A stretch of 64,000 nt of DNA from Podarcis filfolensis (lineage: Eukaryota), in assembly GCA_964270895.1 (NCBI GenBank), contig OZ185437.1, one strand, 5' to 3'. Both the position numbers and the translations under genes were made by a program. Below are positions 25,055 to 38,798 of this stretch, in pieces (the stretch's first letter is position 1; every line of letters starts with the position of its first letter). The notes beneath the pieces were generated by a model. That model was not told the DNA's origin. It saw only the letters and a list, made by a program, of their open reading frames with translations, and did no database searches.

Positions 25055-26169
25055 CTTCTGCACAAGCACTTCTTTATTGGAAATCGGTTGAAAGTTGTAC
25101 AGCTACAACTAACTGTTGTACAAAAAAACCCCTCCCAAAATACATTTGCCAAGTTGCCTCCAATTGCTTAAAGTTGTGCGTTCAGCTACTTTAATGTATA
25201 TTATGCTTTCCAACAAAATCTTGAAACACCACTGATAACACAGCAGTATCCCCACGCCCATCAAAGGTTGCATTACAAAGATGCAGGCATGAAGGTGGAG
25301 ATAGTTCAGCTTCACTGCTGGGTTTCTATAAATGCCGCAGTTAAGAGCTTTGGCTTCTCTAATTCTCCATTTAACGAGAGAACCCCATTAACTACATTGC
25401 ATATACATTCAGCTCAAGAGAATCAGACGGCTGCCACATTTGAAAGTAGGGCATTCTACATACGCCACTGCACCACTTTCTATCAGATCCTTGGAAATAT
25501 TCACTTTCCTTGAAAACTTAAGAGACTGAAGGCATAAAATAGGCTATGTACACATCTTACACTGCACCATCAGGAGATCCCGACCTTTATGGATTCCCAG
25601 CAAGCATCATACAAAAATAGTATTCTCTTGTGAGTTGTGTTGGCAATCTAAACTTCATAGTATGAAACCATTTGTATCCTGCCTTAGAAGAAGAAAAATT
25701 AAAGGACCTATGAAAAAAGGGTGGGGGGAGAAACCACAGACATTTGGAGAACTACAATACGATTTCAATGCCAACTTGTTTTGATTCTCTTTCCACCACC
25801 CCTTGCTTTGTTTTGTTTTCAATAAAAAAACAAATTGGTACACAGCTATCAGTATTAAAATCTGAAAAAGGGAGCTGATACCTGGGACAGTGAGATACAG
25901 AGCTGCCTAACCTTCCCTCACAATCCCTACACTAGGCTACAACCATTTTCCTGTAAAAAGAGAGGCTACACAGGGAATCAGGTGAGTGTAAAGTGGAGGA
26001 GAAAAGTCCAACAAAAGAACAACACTGTCCTTAGAACCGGGTATTCTTCTTCCAGGAGCCAGGCTGCTGGTGTTCTGGGGGGTATGAGAGAAAAGACACC
26101 GCACTGTGGTTTGCTAGAACCTTGGTGATTGGCCATAAACCCAAGGGGACGTTCAACAGTTCTGTGCTA
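25055..26169 (-). other. COQ8A: Probable 3'UTR of COQ8A
   Basis: Lies between the TAG stop (26170-26172) and the candidate poly(A) signal. Confidence 0.5.
25073..25078 (-). terminator. Candidate polyadenylation signal of COQ8A (AATAAA on minus strand)
   Basis: tttatt on + at 25073-25078, ~1.1 kb downstream of the COQ8A stop. Confidence 0.55.
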
Positions 26170-26457
26170 CTATTCCTTCTTCGCCTTTCTACTCCAGTAA
26201 TTTCTGTAGGCTTCCTGAAACATGTCCTTGCATGGAATTTGGGCCTTCAGCTTGGAGCATATGAGGAATGAGCCTCCCATTTTCCGATGGAGAGAGTAGG
26301 TCTCCTCGGGGGGTGGGACTAGCCTATGCTTCAGCATGACTGGAATTAAGCCATGTATCTTCTCGGTGGTGTTTTGGTTGCCGAAGTCAAAAGGTTCACT
26401 GGATGCAAAAGCTTCTCCAAGGATGAGGACAGCATCCAAGTGGGCGTCTTCCATAGC
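26170..26457 (-). CDS. COQ8A: COQ8A last coding exon ([26 protein letters not shown]...[50 protein letters not shown])
   Basis: Minus-strand acceptor ttttgctcag; 288 nt ending in TAG; matches ADCK3 C-terminus. Confidence 0.97.
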   Translation of the reverse strand, partial: AMEDAHLDAVLILGEAFASSEPFDFGNQNTTEKIHGLIPVMLKHRLVPPPEETYSLHRKMGGSFLICSKLKAQIPCKDMFQEAYRNYWSRKAKKE

Positions 26458-28069
26458 CTGAGCAAAACAAAAATGGAAAGAAGGGTGGTTCTGATCAGCT
26501 GTTCTGAATAGTTCTACAGAGGAAAAAGAAAGTAAAAAGGCAGCTACCATGTAACTCCTAACTCTACAGGTCATGAAGACGACGAGGAAATATCCCATAA
26601 ACAGCAGAATAGTTAATCTCTCTAGCTCTGGAATAAACATTCACAAATAACTATACCAGGCTCAGCCCACTTAGCACCGAGAGTCAATTACTGCAGGAGT
26701 TGTAGTCTGGAGGGATAAATGTTCTATTTGTCTGCTCATAAGCAGAGGCAGGGAGACTTTAGGCAGGTCTACCAGGTGGTGCCAGGTGTGACTGGCATGG
26801 TGGTGGAGATGTCAGTGGGCTTTGCTTTTTAAGACAGTGTACACCAGGCAGTGTCAGAACCCAACACTTCCAATCCTGTGCATGTTTATTCAGAAGCAAG
26901 TGCCACTAATCACAACCCAACACAGCTACTGTGAAGGACATACAAGATCAAGGACTATTTCCTTCACAGCCTAATGTGGTGGCACAGACTTCCCATATGA
27001 TCAAGGGTAGCAAGGAAAATGTTCCTCCAAGCTGCTAACCCTTAATAAACTACCTCTCACTTCCATTGTTAATTCAAATGGGGACTCTCTGAACAGGAGT
27101 CTTTCTCCACAGGCAGAAAAATGAAGGACTGCACCCATCTCAGTTTTTCACCAGGCCACAATTCTACAATATTACAGTGCATCATATATAAAAAAAGTCA
27201 AGCTAAATTCAAATAAAATTATTGCTGTCAGCAAAGAGTATTGCGAGGCCAGCAAAGTGGATATTCTGTTACTTCCTGCCAGCATATTTGAAATGCTAAA
27301 AATCTTGGAATTACCCTACTCAAAAATCAAAGGAACATCTCCACTGCCCCAACAATGGACACCCAAATTAGAATACTTCCAGCTCTACCACCATCCTTCT
27401 ATGTGACCATGACAGCTCCAACACCCCACAACTCCCCAATCCCATAACTGCAATCCACCAGAATAAAACTTGAATGGCAATGCTTTGGAGCCAGCTTAGA
27501 AATAATAGGAAACTGCCTCACCCTGACTCAGAACACTGGTCCATCTATCTCAGTATGGTCTACAATGACTGGCAGTGGCTCTCTGACATTTCGGACAGGG
27601 GCCATTCCCAGCCCGACCTAGAGATGCCAGGGATTGAACCTGGGACATGAGACACCCAGGAAGTGTGTTTTATAGCGTCCTTGCCAACTACCCACACTTT
27701 GCTGGAAACAAGCTTCCAAACCTCCAGTATCTCAAGCTAAACACTCGCAGACACATGGCAGGGAACTTAAGACATTCACCATTACAGGCTCAAGCCAGCT
27801 GCCCTGATCACACACCCAGATATTAGAAGAATGAGTGAATATCCTGCATGACAAATTAAGCTGGATTTGAAAGGAGTGATGAGATACGCCACTTAAGAGC
27901 TGCAGCTAATGTTGACCCCCATGGTGGCACTGGAAAGAGACACTTAAGTTCTATAGATACAATAAATATGTAGCTTCAAAAGGGGAGTAATTATTTAGCT
28001 GAAGTTTCTAGAGACTGACGTCGCACCGGTAGCTAAACAAAGAGTGGATTGTTTGGTGCTACTATGTAC

Positions 28070-28156
28070 CTTGTTTTCATAGCCAGTTAGAAATTTCATT
28101 TCTATTGATTTCTTCAGCACCTTCTCTCTGTCCATGTCAGCAGCTGCTTTGATTAA
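28070..28156 (-). CDS. COQ8A: COQ8A coding exon 13 of 14 ([29 protein letters not shown])
   Basis: 87 nt, acceptor ccaatacag, donor GTACAT; phase 0/0. Not in the ORF track. Confidence 0.95.
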
Positions 28157-29450
28157 CTGTATTGGAAGAAGAAGAAAAATTCAAAAGCCAGAAGGTGTAG
28201 GTGGGAGCCAATCCTATTAAGCACTTCAATAGCAAGGAAAATCCTTTACTCAGAAACAAGGTCAATACTAGGAAAGCTACATGTTTTCATCCCACAAAAA
28301 AGAATTCAGCCAAGCCTTTAAGAAGCATGAGCGGTTTTGAAAGATCACAAACTTCAGCTGTCTTCACTTGAGACCGGAAATGTGATACTAGGATGAAAGG
28401 AATGCATGCCCTTGTTTAATGTAACTTTTTATTGGGTTTTATAAACAAGGATCATGGGAATAATAAATGATACAAATGAATAGACCAAGTCTTCACATGT
28501 TATGTGTATAAAAATAGCATAATGAATTTGCAGAAGTAATGTCTGTGACGTACAGTTCCTTATTAGTGGTCAATGAAGAAGTTACTGGTTTGTGAACTGC
28601 TTTAAGCGAAGGGAAAACCAGATAGAACAGAGTTAATGGATAACATTCCACATTGCAAAGCTAAATGCCCAATTGGGAGTCCTTGTGGTTATGTTTAAAT
28701 TAAGAGTTAGTAATGGTCATTTTCCCTCCTGTGTTACCAGTGAAACAATAAGAAATGTTGGTATACTGAGAATGGATGCCCTAATTTAACATGGCTAGTT
28801 ACAATTGAAACACAGGACACATTCCAACCCATGAAAAATCAGCAGGCAAAAGGGGGCTCTACTCTTTGCTGGTAGCATGGAACCCTTTTCAAGAGTCCAG
28901 ATGTTTGCCTTGAGCAGATACTGCCAGAAAGGGGGAGAATACTTTTCTCAGAATGACATTTGTTTTTAGACTACTAGGAAAATATTGCAGTTTTCACTGC
29001 ACAAGTCCCACTTAAGAGAAAATCTCTGGGTCCTGCGCAACAGTACCTATTTCACTGGGAAAGGACCAATATATTCCCTATGGCAGTTTGCTAAAAAGCA
29101 ATTTTGAGTCTGTCCACAAGAACAATAGAATATGTACTTGGGTCATTTAAATAAAAACAAACAGCAACACATCTTAAGCGTTACTAAGGTTTTAAAAGCA
29201 ATTTCCCTCACACCATCAACTCCCTTTGCACATTTAAAAAAATCCACATTAGGAAAAAGTGAATTATGACAGCAGTCCAAGTTCTCCAATTTTAGAATGC
29301 AACAAACAAAGTTGGGCTGCCTGAGATAAGGGAGAACTAAAAAGCCAGTTAAACCTCTAGCTTTCTTTCAATCCAGCGACTTACAAGTCAAACATGCTTC
29401 TCAAGCCCACAAAACAACAAACCATCACAAAAGGTTTTAGGAGTCCTCAC

Positions 29451-29516
29451 CTCTATGTAGAGGTCTGTGAATTCCTCATCAAAACCCCGGGTTGCGCCAA
29501 AATCCAGAAGCGCCAC
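29451..29516 (-). CDS. COQ8A: COQ8A coding exon 12 of 14, DFG motif (VALLDFGATRGFDEEFTDLYIE)
   Basis: 66 nt, acceptor ctcattcag, donor GTGAGG; phase 0/0. Confidence 0.96.
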
Positions 29517-30246
29517 CTGAATGAGATGTACAAATGTGTTTTTTTACACTAGAACAGAAACTATTACACCGAGAGCATCTGGATGCTTGTCAGAACAATA
29601 TTAAGTGCTACAAAGAGCTGGAGTTCTTCATAAAGCCACTTTCTTTTCCCACTTGTTATTGGGATAGGGTGAAAACCTTAAACAGCAACACTTCACAGGT
29701 TGCTTTAGTACATGTGCTTTTATATACAAAAACTACATGGCTGGCAAGAACCCTCCTTTCATTGGGAGAATTTCAGCACTTTGTCCCCAGTTCTAACAAA
29801 GCTAAGGAAACAAGGACAATTGGACAGGCCCACCTGGTTGGAAGGGTCACATAGCACAAACATGAGGATGGACCAAGTAACCACCATGGAAAGAGGGTCC
29901 CCTCAGCAAATTTCAACACAGTGGCTGCAATGCACAGCTATAGGAAGGCACGGGGTTTATGCTCAAGCACACATGGATGGGGCTTAGATTAAGATGCAGA
30001 ATCCCCTGCAATGCACACACCACATTTCCTTAGCAGAACAAGTTAATATGGAAAGGGTCTTCTGGATGTTGAAAGTTTAATAGCCATTGCTCCAGTGCCC
30101 CTAAAGAAGGTAAATTTCTCTAGAGCTTGGGGGTGGGGGTGGGGAACCTGCAGCGCTCTGCTTAATTTCTGGCCCTCTAGACCCTGGGAGCCCAAGTCCT
30201 GCTCTCTGAGAGAGGTAGGTGGGGTGGCACAGAGGAAGAGCTATAC

Positions 30247-30382
30247 CAGGCATAGGCAAACTCAGCCCTCCAGATGTTTTGAGACTACAATTCCCATCAT
30301 CCCAGACCACTGGTCCTGTTAGCTAGGGATGATGGGAGTTGTAGTCCCAAAAAATCTGGAGGGCCGAGTTTGCCTATGCCTG
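30247..30382. mobile_element. hAT-type MITE, 136 bp fold-back, perfect 8-bp TSD
   Basis: TIR caggcataggcaaactc(a/g)gccctccaga at both ends, internal palindrome actacaa(t/c)tcccatcatccc; AGCTATAC at 30239-30246 and 30383-30390. Confidence 0.92.
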
Positions 30383-30772
30383 AGCTATACAGTCCTGCAA
30401 TGCTGGTTTTTCCAGTGGGTCAACGGCCCTTCAAAAGGAAAACAGCTTCCCCCATTCCTGCTCTAGCCATCTGGCAGGTGAGAATTTCTTACCTTTTCCT
30501 TCAAAGACAACATCAGTGGAATTCTATTTGATTGCCAGCAGAATCTTACTATCCCTCCCATTACATTCTTGCTTTATCGTTTCCGTGAAATACGATCCCT
30601 TTTCCACCTAAAACCCGCAAACTCTAGATTCCAGGCGCTACCCTCAAACCCACTTGCCCAGCTAATCGAACCACCTCCACCTAAAGGAGCACATTAGCCA
30701 AGAAGCCATTGCAAAAAAAGGAAGTGAGTGATGCATAAGCAGCTAGTGCCAAGTCCAGCTAGAGCCATTTAC

Positions 30773-30880
30773 CTTCTGCAATTCTGGGTCATAGAAGAAG
30801 TTGGACCAGTTTGGATCTGTCTGCATGTATCTGAACTCAAACAACTCTCGCAGGCACAAAACGAGTATGTTGTGGCAGAT
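30773..30880 (-). CDS. COQ8A: COQ8A coding exon 11 of 14, catalytic loop ([36 protein letters not shown])
   Basis: 108 nt, acceptor atttttgcag, donor GTAAAT; UbiB-family QTDPNxxN motif. Confidence 0.96.
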
Positions 30881-32270
30881 CTGCAAAAATTGCAACAAAG
30901 GGACAAAAATGAATTAGAAAAGCTCCCACTTGCATCAGATTATGTAGATATGCAGAATATACTGAAACTAAGTCACAGCTATCATGAATGTCTGGCAGAG
31001 GATGCTACAAAGACTCCTGGGATTAGGTGGATTACACATCTCCTTGGGGAGGGAGGCAGGAGGAAAGAGAGAGAGAGATGCCAAAGAGTCACTACTTTGG
31101 ACAATGCACAACTACAAAGCTCGAGAAGTGTGGCCCCTTTCATGTAACATGTGATATAGTCAGGGGGTGAAACTGCGCTGCTCGCCCAACTACACGGACC
31201 AGCAACAGGTCACTTAACTGCCCTCTAGCTTCCAGAAAGGCTGGAGTTATTGAGCCAGCATCGTGGCCAAGTTAGTGGCCCAGAGTAGGGATGCCATTTA
31301 CAGGAGAGAAGGGCTGAGGAAGAAGAGAGCACCAATTGCACCATTGTTTTGGTGAAAATTTAGTTTAGCAACCAAAGGGTCAGGATTTAAGCGTGCATCT
31401 CAGATGGGAAGGCAAAGTGCAAATGTGGCAACATGTGCTTGAAAATACGGACGCCATACAGGCACACTTGTCGGAGCCGAGACCAGCTTCTGCCGACACA
31501 GAAAGAGGACTGCTGGAGGGGAAAAAGGACAGAGCAGCAACACGTCAGAGTGACAAAGCCTAGACCTACATACATCATGTACCCGGGAGTTTTGTTGTCT
31601 AGAGACCAAACTTTATACTCCCACTCAGTGACTTGCTGACAGCTGTTAAGGGTGTTTAATGGCCTCCTATGGGGCACGTCGGAATACCAGGCCAAATCCA
31701 TCTGCCAATCTGGCTGCAGTCAGACTTGCTTGTCCTCCCATTAACTTTCTAGCCCCTTGCTATATTTGGCTCCGATGCTCTTTTGTCCATGCTTCACCTC
31801 TCGTCCGACCTCTTGTTTACCCAGTACTTTTCTACCAGGCTTCAGCTGCTAGGATTGGCCCAAGTGAGAAGCCTATATTTGGGTGCTTATGCAACAAGAG
31901 GGGGACGCGTTTCTGATTGCTCATTCCAGGATGAGATGATCTCTTTTGCCAAGCTGGTCATCCTACACACAAGGTCACGCTGTCTGTCTGAAAGATGGTT
32001 TGCAGGTTAGCAAAGCCGGTGGGCTTTGGGGTCCCCAGTGCAGGTGGCTCCAATACTGAGATTTGCAGGACACAACCTGTAGCAAAACATTTTCTAGGGT
32101 GCCAACCATTCCCAAGCGATTGATTTCTGCACACAATACTTAGCATGGCCCCAACCTGTCCATTCAAAGGACCCCTCTCGCAAAATGGCCTGAAGAAGAG
32201 GCCCATGTCCTCTGGCTCTACCGATCTCCTTCCTCCACCTCCAAGCTGAAAAGGGGCCAGGTGACCATAC

Positions 32271-32412
32271 CTCGTTCCTTATCTCCTGGCTGAGTTCTTG
32301 GGCTTGATCCAGCGGGAACCCAGTCACCAGCTCCGTCGTCAGGACATGTGGGCTGCACAGCTCCTCCACCACGGCAGGGACATAGAAGAAGGGGTGGTCT
32401 TTGAGCAGCTCC
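32271..32412 (-). CDS. COQ8A: COQ8A coding exon 10 of 14 ([47 protein letters not shown])
   Basis: 142 nt, acceptor gcccctcag, donor GTATGG; phase 2 to 0. Confidence 0.96.
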
Positions 32413-32654
32413 CTGAGGGGCAACAGACAAAACGCTAAGAGCTGCCCAACCCCTGCAGGGGCCTGGGGTTTCTGCAATATCTGGGCTCAGCAGAGTTAAC
32501 GCCATTTTGCCCAAAAGCAGCCACTTGCTACTCTAGATTCTTCTCTGAGCCTCTTTCCCCTTGGTCCAACAGCATGCACAAGCCCAGGTGTTTGGGATAA
32601 AACCAGAATCCCTCACTGCAGCATCTGGCGGGGGCAGATCCCCATAAAACACAC

Positions 32655-32748
32655 CTGAATTTCTTAGCGCAGGCAGCTTCTCTCTTGTAATCGCATTCCA
32701 GGGCCAGCTCTCTGCTCAGCACTTCAACCAGATGCTCAGGGAAGAGAC
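32655..32748 (-). CDS. COQ8A: COQ8A coding exon 9 of 14 ([32 protein letters not shown])
   Basis: 94 nt, acceptor tttgcctccag, donor GTGTGT; phase 1 to 2. Confidence 0.96.
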
Positions 32749-34174
32749 CTGGAGGCAAAACGGCAGGCGAAAGAAGCAGGTTAGGATTGAAATAGAAACA
32801 ATGACAGAATCAGGGGTGGGGGACCTCAGAGCTTAGAGCCAAATGTGGCCCTCCACTTCTCTCTGCCTGGCCCTTAGAACACTCCCAGGCCAAGCCCCTC
32901 CCAGGCCCTATTTGCACCTCAGATATTTTGCCCTGGCTGGCACGTGTCCTTGAACCCTGATAATACCTCTTGCTTATCTAGATGGTGAACAGAGAGAGCA
33001 CACAAGTGTATGCTAGTGTACATAAGGTAAAAACTGCCATTTCTTCTTTGCCCCATACCATGGGCATAAGGCCCTCAGGAGGCTGTCCAGAAAGGAATGT
33101 GGCCCCCGGACTGAAAAAGGTTCCTCAACTGAGCAAAGAGGTCAGCCTGGAAGACAGCGCTTCGCCAGTTACTTTCAGCCATATACAATTGTCCTTAGTT
33201 AACTGTAGCAACTGCACCTCTCTGCAAAGCATGAATGGTTCTCCTAAAATTAATGCATCCTGGACTTAAGGAATAGCATCCCCCACACATACGAAATCAA
33301 TTTAGGCATGTATTGGCATCCCGAGGGGCAACTACTGCAGCCACCCATGCTCCATAAATGGAAAAGGTGGAGATACAAAGCATTTGCGGACTTATAGCCT
33401 CCCACGGCTTCTTTGATGCCAAGATTAATGAGAGTTATCAAGGGGGGATTACAATTAAGGTTGTGGATCTCTGCCCAGCATTCCCACAGCCAGGCAAAAG
33501 AAGTTCAAAGGACAAAGTGGTTCTGTCTGCCTGAGCTCTGCTCCCATCTGGCAGCCAGTCCACAGACTGCCAACAAGGGAGGGAGGGAGGGATGAGTTAC
33601 GTTACACAGCAATCTTGCCACTCTCTCTTCATTGCCACATATCAGGTTCAGAATGCTGGGCTCTCCTGTGGGTTTGGACATGATTGGACTTTTCTTCCAG
33701 ATGAGCAAAGCAGAATGGATTTCTATCCGGTAAACATAGGCTAAAAACTCACCCCACATTTCATGCTAATAACCTGTTGCACAATATTGAGAGGTTGTCC
33801 CCCAGAATATGTGGGGCAGAGGTGGTAGCCCAGGGGGCCCAAGCCCTGAATATCCTGCCCTTCCCTCCACCCCCCAAAAAACCCCTCTTTTTCTTTTACA
33901 CTTTGCTCAGCTGGGCCCTCTACAAAGTGAAACCCAGGGCACAACCCATCTTCATATGCCCAGAGGCAAGTCATGGGCCTGTGGCTCCTGGTTTTTTAAG
34001 CACCTGGCAATACCCCAGCATCATTCCATGTCTCATCTTAGCAACTACGCTGCTTGTAAGAGGCAACAGGTGAAGCTTCCAACCAACTGTTTTAACACTG
34101 ACAGCAGACAACTGAGAGTAGTGTTCAGAAGACACACACAGAAGAATTGCACAACAGCCCCTTCCCAAAGTTAC

Positions 34175-34256
34175 CTTCTGGGAGAACATTGCTCATGCTC
34201 AGGACAGTCATCAGGTTGCTGACATCACTGTTGATGCTCTGGGCTATTCCAGGATA
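34175..34256 (-). CDS. COQ8A: COQ8A coding exon 8 of 14 ([27 protein letters not shown])
   Basis: 82 nt, acceptor tcttgtgcag, donor GTAACT; phase 0 to 1. Confidence 0.96.
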
Positions 34257-36146
34257 CTGCACAAGAGGGAGAGAGAGAAATGGAAATGCTGAGCACCTCC
34301 TCCAGTTCAAACACCTGCTACACTTTCCTGAACTAAAACAGAGGGTCAAGGCTTCAGTCATGGCAAAAACAAAATCCCTAAATAAAGGTGCTGAAATGCA
34401 AGGGTGAAAAGAGGTCACGGGAACCTGGCTAATCCTGTGTCTGATCCAGCTAGTGCAGTATTGCTTGCCTAAGAGTAAGTAGAGCCACCCCTTTTCTCTC
34501 TGCTTGCCACTTTCTCATGCACAAGCCCCACATCCCTTGTTCCTCCCATCCACCCACAGGTAGACACCCCATTCATCTATTCTCTTCCCCACCCACCCAC
34601 CCACAACGGCACACATTCTTTCCATCAGGAGCAACTCACACACATTCTCATGCCTCCTTCTCCCACTCCTGTTCCCCAGCCACACTGACGTTCTCTTGCT
34701 TTGTGTTTTGGGAAAGCAGAAACCACTCTCGGCCACAACAGTCACAGGCAGGTAGGTTCATGGACAAGCCTGGAGGTGCAGCTATGGACTGTGGCAGCAA
34801 GAGCATCTTTCTGAAGGATGCTACGCCACTCTAGCTGCTGCTACTCTGCAGGCCTCTTTTGCTGAGGAGAAAGGAAGGCGAGCTGAGATGGGGAGGAGGG
34901 GGGGCAAGAGTGGGGCAGAGCAGACAAGGTGGGACAAGATGACTCACAGGATCCTTTCCAACTCCACAATTCTATGATCCTAGAAGGTTCTACAAGCCTG
35001 ATCCAGCCTAGAGGCTGGCAGCTCTGCCCCCTGGTTTTTTACTGTCTGAGAACCTGGAGAGTTGCCTGCCAAACAGGGAAATTTCCCAGGATTGAACTTA
35101 GGATGGTTTGTTTCCCCATCATTTGCAAAAATCCTTCAGAAAAGATACAGTCCTATCACAATCAAGAGAGTTCTATGGTAATGCAGTTTACTTTGTGTAA
35201 GAAACACAGGCTGGTTTGGGAAATAATTAAGGGGAGGCATAATGAGCTACAGTTCCCTCTCTCTGAGCTAATTCAGACCGTCCAAACCTGACAACACACT
35301 TCTCAAATGCTCCTGCGAAGCGTAGCCTGCAGTCTAAAATTCCATCCTCTCCACCTCCTTTCTAAAAAAGAGCCAAGGGAGCCAATTTTCACAGTTTAGC
35401 ACCTGTGCTCTGGGTAGCAGACTGACATGAACAGCTGCAAGAACAGGAACTTTCCGTAACTTTTAGCCTACACTGGGCTTAAAAATGGGGGTGGGGGAGA
35501 GAGACAACAGCCCAAGAAAGCCACCTAGCAAAACCTTAGAACTATCTAGAGCAGGTGGTCCCTCCAGGTGTTGTTAGACTACAACACCATCATCCTCGAC
35601 CATGATGGGAGTTGGAGCCCAACATCTGAAGGGCCAGAGGCTCCCCATCTACAGGACTTTTCTACTGTCATGAGGATCATGAAAACTCCCAATGGAGAGA
35701 ATTATGGAAATTGCCAAAACCAGGATTTCCAGAAAAGGGAAATGCTCCTGGCACATCATCCCCCAAATTGCGCAAGTCTATAGTACAAATGGTTCAGACA
35801 CACAGTTTGATCAGCAAAAAAGGGAACTATAAAGTGTGAACCATTCGTACCATATACTTTGTCACAACCCAAGAATCAGGTTCAGGATTTGAAGGAGCCT
35901 GTCCTCCATCTGAAAATGTCTGTTGATCTCAGACAGAAGTGTTAGGGGCACAGTGACAGAACTACCCTACAGCCACATAGGCTTCACACAGGGGCCAAAG
36001 GTGATGAAATGAACCTCAGGACTCTGCAATTCTACACTTCTATGAAACTAATATATTGTAAAACATCAAGGAGTGGGCCTCAAAGTGCATATTCAGAGCT
36101 ACTGGTGGTCCCCAAGTCTGAAAACACTGAAGACCGCTAGGCCCAC

Positions 36147-36287
36147 CTGGATTTTCATGGCAACTTCTTTCCCGTTCTTCAAGCGCCCCAGGTGAACTTG
36201 TCCAATCGAAGCTGCAGCGAAAGGTCGCTCTTCAAAGAACTCCAACTTATCACGCCAGTTGGGACCAAGGTCATTGTTCAAAGTTTT
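36147..36287 (-). CDS. COQ8A: COQ8A coding exon 7 of 14, Ala-rich loop and catalytic Lys ([47 protein letters not shown])
   Basis: 141 nt, acceptor ttcaccgctag, donor GTGGGC; AAASIGQV and VAMKIQ motifs of UbiB/ABC1 atypical kinases. Confidence 0.97.
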
Positions 36288-36621
36288 CTAGCGGTGAATA
36301 AAAAACACAAATTGGAGTTTTCCCTTCCCAGGTAGACACTACCACTTGTTGCTTAGACTTGGGACTTTGAAATCCAGCTATGACATACGGACAACTGCAA
36401 ACAAGCACCAAGGGCATATAAATGGCCAGGATAAAAATCCAAGCAGCCACTAATGTATACAAATTAGAGAGCTAAACAATGAATTCCATCATGATTTTTT
36501 AAAAAAATGGTGTAAGCAAAGAAAGAAGGTGCAGTAAGGTTATTTAACACTTTGTTCTTGCAGCCTGCTCAGCAATGGCCCAGAACCTGTAAATAGAGGA
36601 AGGTGCCTGCTTTCTCTTTCA

Positions 36622-36816
<195 letters not shown>

Positions 36817-38798
36817 TCAGAGCCATAGTTAAACATGATAGCTAGTTCCTTTGATATGCAAGTACAGTCTCATTAAAAAGGTAGAAGTAGCCTTAAGTAC
36901 ATTTTGGATTGAGCATTGACATATATAGATGTGAGTGGATTTTGTGCTAGGGTCAGACAACGTTCTATCTTGCACAAAGGAACCAGCTTTATTGCTCATA
37001 AATTCCTATAAACATGTGACGCTTTACCCTTTGTCATCCGTGAAATATCCAATGAGAAGCCCGAAGACTCCCCCCCCTGCTGCAAGGAACTCTGCATATG
37101 CTCTGAAACCCAATGTTCTGCTCAAGCAAGCAACATGCAGCTAGCTATGTTAAATTGACTTCAGGGAATTAATTTATTTAGTAATTTGGGTTTCAAATAC
37201 TTAAAGAACAAATAAACAAAAAGAACATTATATACAAAAAAGGCAATTATCTTTAGGGAATTCATAGAGAAATCATTGCCTTCACTCTTCTCCAAATAAA
37301 CTTATTTATATTTTGTTATTTTGTTTCATTAGTTGTTGTTTTTAAAGCAAATCCCTAAATTTTCTCATTAGAATCTCCCTGTGTGACACTGCAGAGATGC
37401 TAAGTGACCTGTTGTGTTCCAAATTTTCCCCTCACACACAAACAAAATTGTGTACCTCTAAAGCTTTGGGAAAGTAAATTCACATCTGTTTATTTTCCCC
37501 TACAGCAGAACAGAAGGGGGAATGGGTCCTTGGCAGCAGGACCATGAAATCCTCGAGGCAGCTGGACAACTACAGTGCGGCCCCAGCATTTTGGTGGCAG
37601 CGTATCACTATTTACTTTTGAAGGGAGCTCTTATACAAAACAGGGACCTGCCAGTAAAGAGGGATCCATTCCCACCCACTCAATTCCTCCGAACATGGCA
37701 AAGGGTCAGATCCCCTGACCTACGTACAGGCATTGCCCACAAACCTTCAAGCTCATTTTTGCAGCTTAGAAGGTTCAAAAGAGCTTTGCTCAAGAAGGGG
37801 TACTGAATTTGGGCACGATGGAAGAATGCCCATGAGATCCTGGCAATATCCCTCATCCTAAGGCTTCCACAAGCGAAGAAAACAAGTGTGGCATCCTCCA
37901 TGGGGGTGTTGTGTGCTGAAACCTCATCTATTCTACCCCCGTCCCTTCCGAGACATAGCAGGAAGGGCTGGAGCTGGCAGGAGAACATTTCAATTCTCAA
38001 CAGGCTGCTCTACTTTCACCACCTCAGAAAGACAGAGAATAAACACTTGCATCAGCTGTGACTTGCATGTCTATTCCAACACTTATCTGCTTTGCTCGCT
38101 AACATCCCGATGAACCGCCTTCACTTGCTATTTAAGTGGCAAGTTTATTAGGCCTTCAAAGAACTCTGGAAAGAACGATTTGCCAACTGGTGCTGAAGTA
38201 ACCAACCAGATTATTTTTTAACAAAGCATGCTCGTGGTCAAAAACACAGGAAGCAAAGTATATGCAGAGTCAGACCATTAGGCCCATCTAGATGAATGCT
38301 TTCAACACTTGTCTGAAAGCTGACATTCCCAGATGCAACCCAAGGACTGAACCTGGGACCCTCCACATTCAAAGCATGTCCTCTGCTGCTGAGCTACAGA
38401 TTTTCCTCTTTGTGGCTTATGGTTTAGACTAAACATTAAAAGACACCCCTGCAATTAAGCAGTGACAGTCCGTTCCTCCCTTGCAAGGTTGGGCAAGACA
38501 CTGACCACAGAAAGGGTTCATGGTAAAGTTTTGCAGGGTGAAGCAACTGCAAGCAGAGGGCAGCCTGCAAGTTGCATCAACCTATTGTTTTTAACGGAAG
38601 CAAAGGGCTCTTGCTGGGGAAAGCTCATTTTCCTGGTCCTTTTCAGAAATACAGAACTGCATCTTTCTCAGAAGGCTGGCGAAGTTTAAAGGAGGGACAG
38701 AATGTCCATCAGATTTGTGAGCATTGCCTTGGCCTTCAGTTGTGTTTATTTCTTTAAAAGCCTCCAGTGGGTTTGGCAATGCTATGCTATTAGTGGGA

